Shown: piece after piece, positions 21,959 to 24,000 of the stretch
Layout: every line of letters starts with the position of its first letter
Position numbering within the stretch: the stretch's first letter is position 1
Assembly: GCA_050173995.1 (NCBI GenBank)
Contig: JBFXKH010000025.1
Coordinates: forward strand, 5,349-29,348
Length of the DNA stretch: 24,000 bases
Reading direction: 5' to 3'
Source of the DNA: Lysobacterales bacterium
Lineage (GTDB): Bacteria; Pseudomonadota; Gammaproteobacteria; Xanthomonadales; Ahniellaceae
Translations under genes and position numbers: made by a program
The notes under the pieces: model-generated
Seen by the model: the letters and a program-made list of their open reading frames with translations, nothing else
What the model was told of the DNA's origin: nothing
Databases searched by the model: none

Positions 21959-22012
21959 GTTCGGGATTGACCGGCTCCGCTGTCGAGAGCCACTGCGATT
22001 CGTCCGGGCTAC
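21959..22012 (-). repeat. REP-like element of the same family as 1332-1524
   Basis: The minus strand reads GTAGCCCGGACGAATCGCAGTGGCTCTCGACAGCGGAGCCGGTCAATCCCGAAC. Compare GTAGCCTGGATGGAGCGCAGCGGCTCTCAACAGCGCAGCTGGTCAATCC at 1332. Confidence 0.6.
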
Positions 22013-22047
22013 TTTTTGCACTACTTCCTAAGCTGATTTGCACGCCG

Positions 22048-24000
<1,953 letters not shown>

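Noticed and set aside
12170-22047. tRNA, phage-type integrase or transposase marking the island boundaries
   Set aside because: No tRNA-like cloverleaf and no recombinase or transposase ORF was recognisable by eye in either flank. This cannot be excluded without tRNAscan and HMM searches, so nothing is reported.

Overview
High-GC (roughly 65%) gammaproteobacterial chromosome segment. Gene order, REP style and attC type suggest Xanthomonadales/Lysobacterales, but that is inference only.

Core region (1 to ~12.2 kb): prmA (partial) and folA; apaG-apaH on the minus strand (convergent with folA) with a TGATG stop/start overlap; the conserved folC-dedD(SPOR)-cvpA-purF block; a DUF455 ferritin-like gene; and a 1149-aa secreted beta-propeller-like protein with a tandemly duplicated C-terminal domain. 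Intergenic gaps are packed with REP-like hairpins and heptamer tandem repeats.

Accessory island (~12.2 to ~22.0 kb), bounded on the right by a complete acetoacetyl-CoA synthetase gene:
- The left part is an integron-type cassette array with three canonical attC sites (13145-13201, 13836-13892, 14740-14799), lower GC, and no intact integrase in the window (CALIN-like). There is only a weak possible intI N-terminal relic.
- The cassettes carry a small ORF, a two-gene pair (121-aa soluble protein plus 88-aa 2-TM protein), and a 282-aa protein with a C-terminal CAP12/PycTIR-type TIR-like domain.
- Further right are degenerate attC-like relics and ~400-bp direct repeats (duplicated VOC/glyoxalase cassette head) flanking hicAB.
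- Next come a DUF952 gene, a lipoprotein hydrolase, and a MazF toxin whose upstream partner is a 3-TM membrane protein rather than a MazE-like antitoxin.
- Last is a tightly packed four-gene minus-strand operon: ABC-type AAA ATPase, DUF4276 (Toprim-like), a 61-aa ORF and an XRE HTH. It resembles split OLD/PARIS/AbiL-type defence modules.

The best candidates for something undescribed are the ATPase-DUF4276 operon, the cassette-borne TIR-like gene, the two-gene cassette and the membrane-protein/MazF pair. All family calls rest on motif recognition by eye; no searches were run.
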